A DNA stretch of 64,000 bases. Source: Octopus sinensis. Taxonomy: Eukaryota. This document shows positions 1 through 12,864 of the stretch, one piece after another (the first letter of the stretch is position 1; each line of letters begins with the position of its first letter). The stretch spans positions 7,936,001 to 8,000,000 of the forward strand of contig NC_043025.1 in the NCBI RefSeq assembly GCF_006345805.1, given 5' to 3'. Position numbers and translations under genes: made by a program. A model generated the notes under the pieces. That model had not been told where the DNA came from and did no database searches. It worked only from the letters and a program-made list of their open reading frames with translations.

Positions 1-248
1 GAGTAAATCGTTATGTATTTATTTGTTTCTGTTTGCTGTGTTTTTTTATTTTTTGAGTAGTGGTTTAAATACTTTCAGTTTAGTCATCCTCAAATCACTC
101 TGTCGCTATTTACTTTCATTTTATTCGTTGCACACTGTGTGTGTGCGTTTGCGTGTGCTGTAAACCAGACTAAGGAAAGCATTTGACATACACACCAGAA
201 TGTGAGTTTTCTGTAAATTTTGCTTAATTGGAGTTTAAAGTTTAAAAA

Positions 249-380
249 CTGGACCTGGCATGACCCGATGCATTCTACTCTTAAAAATGCTAGGTAAATT
301 GTAATTGAAGAAATCCTATATTGTAGATTTCTATAACTCCCAAAGGGAGGCAGATAAAATCTGCCTTATATAATAAGAGA
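249..380 (-). mobile_element. Possible small non-autonomous Helitron
   Basis: A|TCTCTTATTATATAAGG start and CCAG|T end after a short hairpin; single copy only. Confidence 0.3.
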
Positions 381-420
381 TGAATAAATAAATAAAAGAA
401 TGGAGTCGAACGAAGATGTT

Positions 421-535
421 AGCAAAATTCCTTTACTCTCGACATATGTTTCGAAGACAACATAGTTTCATTCCAAAGGAATAAAGGGTGCAAGATGCAA
501 TCTTCTCATCAGGTGGCTTCAACCGTGAATTTGCT
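421..535 (-). ncRNA. Hammerhead-ribozyme-like motif H1
   Basis: Minus strand reads CUGAUGA-GAAGA..UCUUC-GAAA-CAUAUG-UC. Palindromic stem III ACAUAUGU. Distal stem I agcaaauuc/gaauuuugcu; proximal stem I is imperfect. Confidence 0.6.
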
Positions 536-600
536 ACCCTGGTATCGGTTCATCGAATTTTCCATGCTGACGGTAAACATAGGATAATTCCTTCACCTAT

Positions 601-640
<40 letters not shown>

Positions 641-691
641 CGTCTTCTATGAGTTATACGTTCTTGTCCATGTTGTATTTTTCTACATACC

Positions 692-733
<42 letters not shown>

Positions 734-751
734 TATATGTGTGTGTGTATG

Positions 752-992
752 TGTGTATATTTAAAGGGCAGAACCACTAGGTGGTCAGCCGTATGCTAGA
801 AGTAGATCACCTACGATCAAACTACAAAGAAAAGAATGTTCTCTAGAGGAAAATTCAGCGGACAAGAGAGATGAAAATTATATAAAAAAAAAACAGAATT
901 ACTCACAGACCGGCGGTTTCATCTATGAACAAATGAATCACTTATATAATCCAATTGTCCGTAGATTCGTCAGTGTGATCGTTCCACAAGTA
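752..992 (-). mobile_element. TA-bounded dispersed repeat carrying H2 (putative Penelope-like terminal repeat); other copies 52024-52280 (+) and 51362-51512 (+, no ribozyme)
   Basis: Direct sequence match between the three loci, adjacent to (TA)n. Penelope origin is inferred from the hammerhead only. Confidence 0.65.
903..978 (-). ncRNA. Hammerhead ribozyme H2 (type I, minimal stem III)
   Basis: UCACA-CUGACGA-AUCUA...UAGAU-GAAA-CCGCCGG-UC-UGUGA: full core with stems I and II perfectly paired. Confidence 0.75.
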
Positions 993-1676
993 CACGTGAC
1001 CGACCAGACCATCAGATGTTATACATCGCTGGTCACAATGCGCTTCGCACTGTTTTAGCCTTCAAATGACGCCACCCCGCTGGCTAAGCGAGCAGGCCAA
1101 CAGAAGAAAGAGTGGGAGAAAGAATGGTGAAAGAGTACAGCAGGGATCACCACCACCCCACTGCCGGAGCATCGTGGAGCTTCTTTAGGTGTTTTCGCTT
1201 AATAAACACTCACAACGCCCGCAAAGCATTTCGCCCAGCGTGCTAACGATTCTGCCAGTTCGCCGCCTTATATATAAAATCGCATATATATCGTGTATAT
1301 ATTGTCGTTACTGTCCTGTTTTTGTTACCATTTTTACCCTTCCGCAAAAATCTCAAATTTTATTTAATTTGATTTTCGCGGGAAGGAACGTTTCATTAAA
1401 GTCATGTATCGCCTTGACCTTCGAACGTGGAGTAGATGAAACAAAGGCGACTGAAGAAGGGGAATTTTCCTTGTGTTGTATGTTCTGTACTCTATTTTTT
1501 CGTTGTTTAAGAAAAATGTCCAGTTCCTTGGTTTTGTGTTTATGTTTTCGTTTCTCATTGTGTTCGACGTTTTTTTGGTGTCCTGTACCCATATATGCAT
1601 GTATATATATACATGTAGAGGTAAGTGCGTACATATATGTATGTATATATGCATATGTTTTATTTATTAATTTGTT

Positions 1677-1711
<35 letters not shown>

Positions 1712-2065
1712 GTGTATATATATATATATATACCGTTTGAAATGAGAGCCTTTAGTTTTAAGTTCTCAGTCTATAGACCTAGGCTTTTAATTAATTAACT
1801 GGGCTAAATATGATTAATAAAATACTTCAAGCTAGTGGTCCAGTACGGTATGACCCTGCGCACGTGTGTGGTGGAGCGCAATATTGAAGTTGGGCAAAAA
1901 GCTTAGCGGCATTTCGTCCATCTCTATGTGTTCTGAGTTCAAATTCCGCCGAGGTCGACCTGGCCTTTTCATCTTTCTGGGGTGGGTAAAATAAGTACTG
2001 GTATCGATTTAATCCACTAGTCCCCTCCCCCCAAAATTTCAGGCCGTGTGCCTATAGTAGAAAGG

Positions 2066-2099
<34 letters not shown>

Positions 2100-2723
2100 T
2101 ATTATATTATTATGGCGGCGAGCTGGCAAAAACGTTAGCACGACGGGTAAATGCTCAGCGGTATTTCGTCTGCCGTTACGTTCTGAGTTCAAATTCCGCC
2201 GAGGTCGACTTTGCCTTTCATCCTTTCGGGGTCGATTAAATAAGTACCAGTTTCGCACTGGGGTCGATGTAATCAACTTAATACCTATGTCTGTCCTTGT
2301 TTGTCCCCTCTGTGTTTAGCCCCTTGTGGGTAATAAAGAAATAGGTATTTCGTCTGCCGTTACGTTCTGAGTTCAAATTCCGCCGAGGTCGACTTTGCCT
2401 TTCATCCTTTCGGGGTCGATGAAATAAGTACCAGTTACGCACTGGGGTCGATATAATCGACTTAATCCGTTTGTCTGTCCTTGTTTGTCCCCTCTATGTT
2501 TAACCCCTTGTGGGCAGTAAAGAAATTGGTATTTCGTATGCCGCTATATTATGAGTTCAAATTCCACCAAGTTTTATTTGGCCGATCCTTTCGGGATCGA
2601 TAAATAAAGTACCAGTGAAATACTGGTTCGATGTAATCCACTTATTCCCTCCCCACAAAAATAGCTGCCCTTTTGATAAAATTTGAAACCGTTATCATAA
2701 TCATCATAATTATTATTATTATT

Positions 2724-3412
2724 CAGTAGTTTTATTTTTATAGCGTGCTTTCACTTCACTACCGAGCGCAGCTCTGTGTGCCTTGGGTATGTGCTGTGAT
2801 TTGTTGTGATGCTCTGATGGTTATTGTATGGAAAGTGTTCTGCGTAGGATGTGTGCAGTGCCTAGGAGTGCAATTTTCTGTATGTTATATGTGTTTGTAA
2901 GTCCTGGTGTTTTTGTTATGTATTTGTCTGAATATTTTTTTATCATGCCTAATGCACCTACTATGATAGGGATTGTTTCTGTTTTCAGGTTCCACATTCT
3001 AGTTACCTCTATTTCCAGGTCTTTGTATTCTGAGAGTTTCTCCATTTCTTTTAGAGACACGTTGTCATCTGCCGGTATTGATACATCAATTAGAAAGCAT
3101 TTTTTTTCTTCGTGATCTCTGACAACTATATCTGGTCTGTTGGCTTAATTTCTCTATCTGTGTGTATCGGCATATCCAGAGTATGGTTGCTTTCTCGTTT
3201 TCTGTGACCTTTTCTGGTGTGTGGCCTATACCATCTTTTTTCTGTTGTATTCCATAATGTTGGCATAGCTTCCAATGTATGTAGGTTCCAACTCTGTCAT
3301 GTCTGTGAATATATTCCTTCTTAGCCAGGACTGGGCAGCTAGAGATAATGATTTATTGTTTCTTGTCCATCTCCACATATTCTGCAGTTACTTGTAATAT
3401 TTCTTTTCATTA

Positions 3413-3413
<1 letters not shown>
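2724..3413 (-). mobile_element. R4/Dong-like non-LTR retrotransposon 3' end (CCHC plus REL endonuclease), subfamily 1
   Basis: CRICGDGQETINH..C, HRHDRV, NRPDIV..D and KLSEYKDLEIEVTRMW..IPIIVGALG..QKIALLGTAHILR. Frameshifted; (TAA)n on both sides. Confidence 0.85.
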
Positions 3414-3449
<36 letters not shown>

Positions 3450-3451
3450 GT

Positions 3452-3702
3452 GGAGGCGTGTGGCTTAGTGATTAGGGTGTCAGCATCATGATCGTAAGAT
3501 TGTGGTTTCGATTCCTGGACCGGGCGACGCGTTGTGTTCTTGAGCAAAACACTTCATTTCACATTGCTCCAGTCCACTCAGCTGGCAAAAATGAGTAACG
3601 CTGCGACGGACTGGCGTCCCGTCCAGCTGGGGAACACATACGCCATAGAAACCGGGAAACTGGGCCAATGAGCCTGGCTAGGCTTTAAAAAGGGCGCATA
3701 CA

Positions 3703-3703
<1 letters not shown>
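3452..3703 (+). mobile_element. tRNA-derived SINE family D; second partial copy 8058-8260
   Basis: TGGCTTAGTGATT / GGTTTCGATTCC boxes and (ATT)n tail. Confidence 0.7.
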
Positions 3704-3737
<34 letters not shown>

Positions 3738-3738
3738 T

Positions 3739-4786
3739 ATGGGTTTTTCTTCTTCTTTCAAATTTGCTTCCATTTCTTGCTGAGTGTCTTCCCGACTCCT
3801 AGGGCAAAGAAACTTATAGTATACATTGGTAGGCCATTAAACTAAACTCACTAGTTCGTTCATTTTTTAATTTTTTTTTGATAGAAATAAAGTTAAATCA
3901 AAATACATGGGTAGTAATAGTTCTCACATCGACAATGCCCTTCTCAATACGTGTGATGTACCAGTTAAGACAATCTTTTGCACTTCTTGCAGGGATGGTA
4001 AGCCAGGGATCATTTCATATATTTTCGGTTCCCTTCTTGATCATTCCTAGTGCTCCTACGATCACTGGTATTGTAACGCCTTGAGATGCCACATTTCCTC
4101 AATTTCAATGAGCAGGTCTTTATATTTTCTGAGCTTGTCAAATTCTTTCGCCGAGATATTATGATCACAGGGGATGCTCATGTCGATCAATAAGCAAACT
4201 TTATTGTTTTGGTCTTTCAACAATATCCGGTTTATTGGCTTTGATGGTTCGGACTGTATGTACACAGGAAGTCCCACAGAATCGTTACATTTTCTCCTTC
4301 AGTTACAGCTTCAGGGTGGTGATTATACCACTTGTCGGCAGTTTTGATATTGTAATGCCGACTTATTAGCCAGTGTAGATATTGGCCAACTCTGTCATGT
4401 CTTAATTATACTCACTGGTGCTAAGACTTTACATCCAGAGATTAGGTGGTCCACTGTTTCAATCATGTCGTTGCAGAATCGGCATTTTGGGTCTGCTCCA
4501 TTTTTCATCACATTTGCCGGGTAGTTCCGGGTTAATAGGCTTTGATCTTGAGCAGCCAGAATGAAACCTTCGCTCTCTGCTTTTAGCCCTGAGCTCCGTA
4601 GCCACTGATGGGTTTGCTTCTGGTCAACATCAGCTTGTTTGCTACGGGCCACATATTTGCTGTGCAGAAGTTTCTCCTCCCACCTATCAGCCAATTGATC
4701 GTGCGCTTTTTTCGTTGCCATTATTTTCACCTTCTTTGCAACAATAGTTGCCGTACTTCCCTCGGGTTGTTCAGTTTGGGTATGTT
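3739..4786 (-). mobile_element. R4/Dong-like retrotransposon 3' end, subfamily 2
   Basis: WLRSSGLKAESEGFILAAQDQSL, CRFCNDMIETVDHLISGC and KLRKYKDLLIEIEEMW. Frameshifted; (TAA)n on both sides. Confidence 0.85.
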
Positions 4787-4787
4787 A

Positions 4788-4846
<59 letters not shown>

Positions 4847-4849
<3 letters not shown>

Positions 4850-5117
4850 TAGTTTTATTTTTATAGCGTGCTTTCACTTCACTACCGAGCGCAGCTCTGT
4901 GTGCCTTGGGTATGTGCTGTGATTTGTTGTGATGCTCTGATGGTTATTGTATGGAAAGTGTTCTGCGTAGGATGTGTGCAGTGCCTAGTAGTGCAATTTT
5001 CTGTATGTTATATGTGTTTGTAAGTCCTGGTGTTTTTGTTATGTATTTGTCTGAATATTTTTTTATCATGCCTAATGCACCTATATGATAGGAATTGTGT
5101 CTGTTTTTAGATTCCAC
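4847..5117 (-). mobile_element. R4/Dong-like retrotransposon, short second copy of subfamily 1
   Basis: Near-identical to the 2724-end copy over about 270 bp; flanked by (TAA)n. Confidence 0.85.
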
Positions 5118-5148
<31 letters not shown>

Positions 5149-5469
5149 TAGAAACTGCTTGGTCGGCCCCAAGTAACATTGTTTCGCAGACCCTTCACAG
5201 AAACCAAGCTTTTATGGGGCCAAATCACCGTTTTAAATAATAATGAATGTAACTCCTTCTAAATGATTTGAGAGCCTCTTTCATTTGTGTACACACACAC
5301 ACACACACACACACGCGCGCGCACATATGTATGTATGTGTGTATGTATGATATATATTTATATAGAATATCTTCACACGTAGGTATAAAAATGTCCGCCG
5401 TGTTTATCTTCGATTACATGTAATTGTGACTAAATTGAATGGAGATAACTTTGTGGCGCGGAGCAGGTG

Positions 5470-5501
5470 TGTAAAGGTGTGTGTGTGTATGTATGTATGT
5501 A

Positions 5502-5536
<35 letters not shown>

Positions 5537-5625
5537 GTGTGTGTGTGTGTTGGTTTTCCCATTTCTCGCTTGTACATACATACAAATAAAAATATATTAG
5601 ATATGTATGCGTGTATATATATGTG

Positions 5626-5656
<31 letters not shown>

Positions 5657-5662
5657 GTGTAT

Positions 5663-5693
<31 letters not shown>

Positions 5694-6619
5694 GTATATA
5701 TATGTCTGGGTATGTATGTGTGTGTGTTCGTGCGCGTATATTTATAATATATATATATATACACATACGTCTGTGTGTATATATACATCTGGGTATATAT
5801 ATATATGTGTGTGTATGTTGTGTATGTATTTGTATACGTCTGTATATATATGCCTGTGTGTTATATATATATACATCTGGGTATATATATATATGTGTGT
5901 GTGTGTGTATGTATTATATACGTCTGTATATATATGCCTGTGTGTATATATATATATATACATCTCGGTATATTGTATGTGTGTATGTATTTATATACAT
6001 CTGGGTATATATATATATGTGTGTGTGTGTGTGTCTGTATGTATTTATATACGTCTGTGTATATATATGTATATATATATATACACACATCTCGGTACAT
6101 ATGTATGTGAGTATGTATTTATATACGTCTGGGTATGTATATATGTGTGTGTGTATATACATATATGTGTGTATATGCATGCGTGCGTACATTTAAATGT
6201 CACCACCACCTTCGCCACGACCACTGGTATCACCAGTACCATTACTACCATCTACACCACTACTACGACTACCACCCACTACCACTACCACCACCACCAC
6301 CACAACCATCACTACCACTATCACCATCAACACCACCACCACCACCACTGTCGCTGCCGCCACTACTATCACGACCACCAGTAAACACCCTGAACGCTAA
6401 CCATCACCACCATCACTACCACCACCACCACCATCAACGCCACTATTACCAACACACACACACACACACACACACACCACAACACACACACACACACACA
6501 AACATACACACACACACATACACACACACACAAACACACACTGAAACACGCACACACACAAACACATACACACAAACGCATACACACACACACACACACA
6601 CATACACACACACACACAC

Positions 6620-6660
<41 letters not shown>

Positions 6661-7170
6661 ACAAACACACACACACACAAACACACACACACACGCATAC
6701 ACACACACACACACACACACACGCACCTGACTGTTTGACTTTTATATTAAGATTGACAGATGAAACAGCCAACATCTTTTGTTGGTGATGATAGGAAATA
6801 TGGGGTGGGGGTGGGTAGTGGTCGGGTGCGGTGGTGGGTGGGTGGGTAGTGGTGCTGGGTGGGGGGCAGCATGTGTATGTGTGTGGTGGGTGGTGGTGGT
6901 GCCGAAGGGGGTGGAGCTTTATAATGGCAGTCTAGTATGTGTGTTTGTATGCGAGGGGTGGGGGTGGGGGGGTACACGTCGGGGTGGTGTGGGAGTGGGG
7001 TGTACGGGTGTTGGTGAATGTTTAATTTGATTTCAATTCTAGAATGTTTGCACACACACACACACACACATACACACACACACATACAGACACAGACACA
7101 CACACACAATATAAATACATGTTGATTGCTATACACACAGATATATACATGTACTTACTAATACAAAACA

Positions 7171-7220
<50 letters not shown>

Positions 7221-7531
7221 CTCATACATTCATAGATATACATTTTTATACATACATACGAATACACTTACAAATATCTTTCATTCTTTCCATCCACCCC
7301 CCTGTCTGTCTATCTATCTATATATCTATCTATCTTTCTATATCTGTCTGTCTGTCTGTCTGTCTGTCTATGCACCTATCCATTCATCTGTCTGTCTGTC
7401 TATATCTGTCTTTCTGTTTGTCTGTCTACCTGTCTGTCTGTCTCTGTCTATCCATCCATCCATCCATCCATCCATCTATCTGTCTATCTATTTATCTATC
7501 TACCTATCTATCTATCTACCTATCTATCTAC

Positions 7532-7610
<79 letters not shown>

Positions 7611-7691
7611 CCTGTCTGTCTATCTATCTGTCTGTCTGTCTACCTGTCTGTCTATCTCTGTCTATCTATCTCACCTCTCCCTCTCTCTCTA

Positions 7692-7789
<98 letters not shown>

Positions 7790-7898
7790 CCTACCTGTCT
7801 ATCTATCTGTCTGTCTGTCTACCTGTCTGTCTACCTGTCTGTCTATCTCTGTCTATCTATCTCACCTCTCTCACTCTCCCTCTCTCTCTATATATATG

Positions 7899-7941
<43 letters not shown>

Positions 7942-8050
7942 CTATCTATCTATCTGTCTATCTATACCTGTCTGTGTCTCCCGCTGTATATATATATAAT
8001 ATATAGATATATATAGATATATATTATATATATATATATACGCGTACATA
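5470..8050. repeat. Compound microsatellite field: (TA)/(TG), (CAC), (CA), (TCTA)
   Basis: Visible directly; explains the low-complexity ORFs. Confidence 0.95.
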
Positions 8051-8263
8051 TATGCATACTGGAGGCTTAGTGGTTAGGGTGTTGGACCCATGAACGTAAG
8101 ATTGTGGTTTCGGTTTCGATTCCTGGACCGGATGAAGCGTTGCATTCTTGAGCAAAACCCTTCATTCCACGCTGCTCCAGTCCACTCAACTGGCAAAACT
8201 GAGAAGCCTTGGGACGAAATAGCGTCCCCTCCAGAGAGGTATACATATGCTGCAGAAACCAGT

Positions 8264-8649
8264 ATGATAGATCGGTAGCCACTACACACATTTTTTCTCT
8301 CCTTGTTTTTTCTGTGTCCCTTTCTGTAGAAGAGCGTAGGCTCGAAACGTAAAAGACTTTTTCTATTCCTGAGCGTTATACTAATACATCTGTTTGTTTT
8401 GTACACCACCTGTCTTCATCTTTTGTTTTTTTTCGTAAACTCTCCCTATATATATATATATATAGTCGCCATGATAGATCGGTAGCCACTACACACATTT
8501 TTTCTCTCCTTGTTTATTCTGTGTCCCTTTCTGTAGAAGAGCGTAGGCTCGAAACGTAAAAGACTTTTTCTATTCCTGAGCGTTATACTAATACATCTGT
8601 TTGTTTTGTACACCACCTGTCTTCATCTTTTGTTTTTTTCGTAAACTCT

Positions 8650-8683
<34 letters not shown>

Positions 8684-8870
8684 GCCATGATAGATCGGTA
8701 GCCACTACACACATTTTTTCTCTCCTTGTTTTTTCTGTGTCCCTTTCTGTAGAAGAGCGTAGGCTCGAAACGTAAAATACTTTTTTCTATTCCTGAGCGT
8801 TATACTAATACATCTGTTTGTTTTGTACACCACCTGTCTTCATCTTTTGTTTTTCTCGTAAACTCTCCCT
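8264..8870 (+). repeat. Three tandem ~210-bp units joined by (TA)n-GTCGCC linkers
   Basis: Near-identical units start at 8264, 8471 and 8687. Confidence 0.9.
8316..8357 (+). ncRNA. Non-canonical hammerhead-like motif H3 (three tandem copies: 8316, 8523, 8739)
   Basis: CUUU-CUGUAGA-A-GAGC-GUAG-GCUC-GAAA-CG-UA-AAAG. A6 is replaced by U and there is one extra A. Confidence 0.4.
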
Positions 8871-8995
8871 AAAAAGTTTATAGGCTGATTAAAATACTCT
8901 GAATGGGGCCAAATGGGGTTTATTTTTCAACATAATCCACCTTTCGGTTCAGACACTTTTCCGTTGGTGTTGCAGTGCTTGGATCCCATTGGTGG
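8871..8995 (-). mobile_element. Mariner transposase C-terminal remnant
   Basis: GIQALQH / KCLNRKVDYVEK* across a frameshift. Confidence 0.6.
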
Positions 8996-9139
8996 GATGA
9001 CATCATCACCACTGCAATACTCGTAACCTGTAAGCTTGCAGGACAACTGGACTGCAGTTACAGTGTACTGGGAAAGATTGTGGAAGACTGTGGCTAATAG
9101 AAGATGTGTGCTTAGTGGGTACCTTGGTAGTTGGCACCC

Positions 9140-9290
9140 GATTTGAAGGAAACAAGGGTGGAAATCTGCACTGATTTGCTAGAAGCTTTTGAAGCCAGGG
9201 AAAACAAGATTTTTTTTGCGATCTGGGATCCAGAAACGGAAGATAAGTCCATGGCATGGCGTCACACTTCTCCAAAGCCTGAAGCAGCGG
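9140..9290 (+). mobile_element. Mariner transposase internal remnant
   Basis: KETRVEICTDLL...DPETEDKSMAWRHTSPKP; the region around the first catalytic Asp is deleted. Confidence 0.55.
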
Positions 9291-9815
9291 CTCTCAACCG
9301 CTATCCATATGATCATTGGGGATCCTTATAAGATTTTGCTGTTAAGGTTTAAAGCAGGGGGTTCCTTGCAGTGGGATCGAACCCAGAACCATGTGGTTAG
9401 GAAGCAAACTTCGTACCACATGGCCACGCCACGTCGGCGTTGGTAAGAGGACACATTCGCCGGCGATGTAGTCGCTTGTCTTTGTAGTGGTGGTGGTGGT
9501 GGTGGTGTGTAGAGGCGGTGATGGTGAAGTCAAGGTGGGGGGGCAGAGGTGTGTTATGGGGGAGGTAGTGGAGAGTGGCTGTGTGTGTGTGGTGGTGGTG
9601 GTGGTGATGGGGGCAGGTGTGTTTGTGACGGTGATGAGGAGTAAGGAAGGAACAATGACTTGTTTGCCGATAGGATTAAATATGGCGGACGTATTTAACA
9701 GGGAGGGAAAATAACTTAGATTAGATCGTCTTTGGGGTCTGTCTGTCTGTCTGTTTGTTTGAATGTGTACGTATGCGTGGATGTGTATTGGTGTGTGCAT
9801 ATGTGTATACGATGG

Positions 9816-9877
<62 letters not shown>

Positions 9878-10643
9878 TATATATATATATATATATGGTT
9901 GTGTTTCTATGTATATATGAGTGTGTATACATGTATATATGAGTGTGTATACATGTATATATGTTTGAATATCTATCTATCTTCGACATATACTCTTTTA
10001 CTTGTTTCAGTCATTTCACTGCGGCCATGCAGGAGCACCGCCTTTAGTCGAGCAAATCGACCCCGGGACTTATTCTTTGTAAGCCCAGTACTTATTCTAT
10101 CGGTCTCTTTTGCCGAACCGCTAAGTTACGGGGACGTAAACACACCAGCATCGGTAGTCAAGCAATGCTAGGGGGACAAACATAGACACACAATCAAACA
10201 CACGCATATCTATATATACATATATACGACAGGCTTCTTTCAGTTTCCATCTACCAAATCCACTCACAAGGCTTTGGTCGACCCGAGGCTATAGTAGAAG
10301 ACACTTGCCCAAGGTGCCACGCAGTGGGACTGAACCCGGAACCATGTGGTTGGTAAGCAAGCTTCTTATGTATGTGTAATTAGTCTATCGGTCTTTTGCC
10401 GAACCGCTAGGTTTCTGGGGAGATAAAACACACCAGCATCGGTTGTCAAGCTGGCGAGGGACACACAGACACACACACACACACACACGACGGGCTTCTT
10501 TCAGTTTCCGTCTACAAAAATTCACTTTCAAGGCTTTTTGCGCCTATTACTATAGTAGAAGACACTTGCCCAAGGTGACACACAGTCGGACTGAACCCGG
10601 AACCATGTGGTTGATAAGCAAGCTACTTACCACATTGCCACTC

Positions 10644-10676
<33 letters not shown>

Positions 10677-10759
10677 TTCATATATATCAGCTATTGTTGT
10701 TGCTTCCTCTGCCCCTCTTGTCGTAGTAACTGTTTCTATTATTTTGCTATATGTGAGAG

Positions 10760-10818
10760 TATGATTATTATCATTATTATTATTACTATTATTATTATTA
10801 TTATTATTATCATTATTA

Positions 10819-10852
<34 letters not shown>

Positions 10853-11302
10853 CTTATTATATTATCATTATTATTATTATCATTATCATTATTATTCATC
10901 ATTATATATTATTATTATATTATTATATTATTATTATTCATTATTATTATCATTATTATTATCATTATTATCATTATTATATTATTATTATCATTATCAT
11001 TATTATTATCATTATTATCATTATCATTATTATTATCATTATATCATTATTATTATTATTATTATTATCATTATTATTATTATCATTATCATCATTATTT
11101 TATTATCATTATTATTATTATTATCATTATTACTATTGTTATTATCATTATTACTATTGTTATTATCATTATTATTATTATTATAATTGTTATTATTATC
11201 ATTATCATTATTATTATCATTATTATCTTGTTATTATTATTATTATTATTATTATCATTATTATTATTATCATTATTATTATTATCATTATCATTATTAT
11301 TA

Positions 11303-11338
<36 letters not shown>

Positions 11339-11999
11339 TATCATTATTATTATCATTATTGTTATCATTATTATCATATATTTATTATTATTATCATTAT
11401 TATTTTATATCATTATTATCATTATCATTATTATATCATTATTATCATATTTTATTATTATTATTATTCATTATTATTATTATCATTATCATTATTATTA
11501 TTATCATTATTATTACATTATACTATTGTTATTATTATTACTATTGTTATTATCATTATATTATTATTATTATTATTACTATTGTTATTATCATTATTAC
11601 TATTGTTATTATCATTATTATTATTATTATTATAATTGTTATTATTATTATTATTATCATTATTATTATTATTATCATTATTATTATTATTATCATTATT
11701 ACTATTGTTATTATCATTATTACTATTGTTATTATCATTATTATTATTATTATTATCATTATTACTATTGTTATTATCATTATTACTATTGTATTATCAT
11801 TATTATTATATTATTATAATTGTTATTATTATATTATTATCATTATTATATTATTATCATTATATATTATTATCATTATTACTATTGTTATTATCATTAT
11901 TACTATTGTTATTATCATTATTATTATTATTATAATTGTTATTATTATCATTATCATTATTATTATCATTATTATCATTATTATTATTATATATTATTA

Positions 12000-12084
<85 letters not shown>

Positions 12085-12128
12085 CATTATTATTATTATC
12101 ATTATTATTATTATTATTATTAATATTA

Positions 12129-12160
<32 letters not shown>

Positions 12161-12190
12161 TATTATTATCATTATTATTATTATTATTAT
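10760..12190. repeat. ~1.4-kb degenerate (ATT)n/(ATC) microsatellite
   Basis: Visible directly. Confidence 0.97.
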
Positions 12191-12864
12191 TGCCTCTTTC
12201 AGCCAGTGACGGGTGTCCGTATGCGTTAGTGCATATATGTGTGAGTCTATGTATGTATATATGTATGTGTGTGTGTGTGTGTGCTTCTTAATGCGTATTT
12301 TATGGTTTGTGTGTGTTGGTGGAGGTGGTAGGTGCAGTATTGATGATGGTGGTGGTGGTGGTGGTGTCGGTTCTGGCGGTGATGATGTAGATGAGAACGG
12401 TGGCGGACTTAGTGTTTGAGAAGGCGGCAGCGACGGCGGAGAGGAGGTGTTGTTACGGGTGGTTGTGGTTTTGAGGAGCGAGGGTGGGTCTCGGGCGGCG
12501 AGTTGCGGACGCGGAGGGGGAGGGGGAAGGGGGGAAGATGCAGTGCCGAGGTGGGTGGGGTGCACAGGGAGGTAACATCCCATTTGGTTTCTGCCAACAA
12601 ATACACCCCCCCCCACCCGTTCCCACCCTTATATAAACTTTTTAACGGGAGCCGCAGAGCAAACATGACGGAGGAGAGGACAAGCAAGGCGGGTGGAGAA
12701 AAGGGGGTTAGGGTGAGAAATCGGGGTGGCGGAAGGGTATCGTGGTGGTGGTGGTAGCGGGAATGTGGGGGTGAGTGGGTTAAGAAAGGTGATTGATTTG
12801 GTCAATTGAAGAAAGACTAAACGTCCCATAGAAAAAGATCGGAGAAACAGTGTGTGCAATTTCC

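Noticed and set aside
5165-5205. CTGTGAA...GAAACAATGTT on the minus strand
   Set aside because: The core lacks A6 and stems I and II do not pair.
6727-6800. Unique island with TGACAG/CAGATG motifs as an enhancer
   Set aside because: Short motifs are expected by chance and conservation cannot be assessed here.
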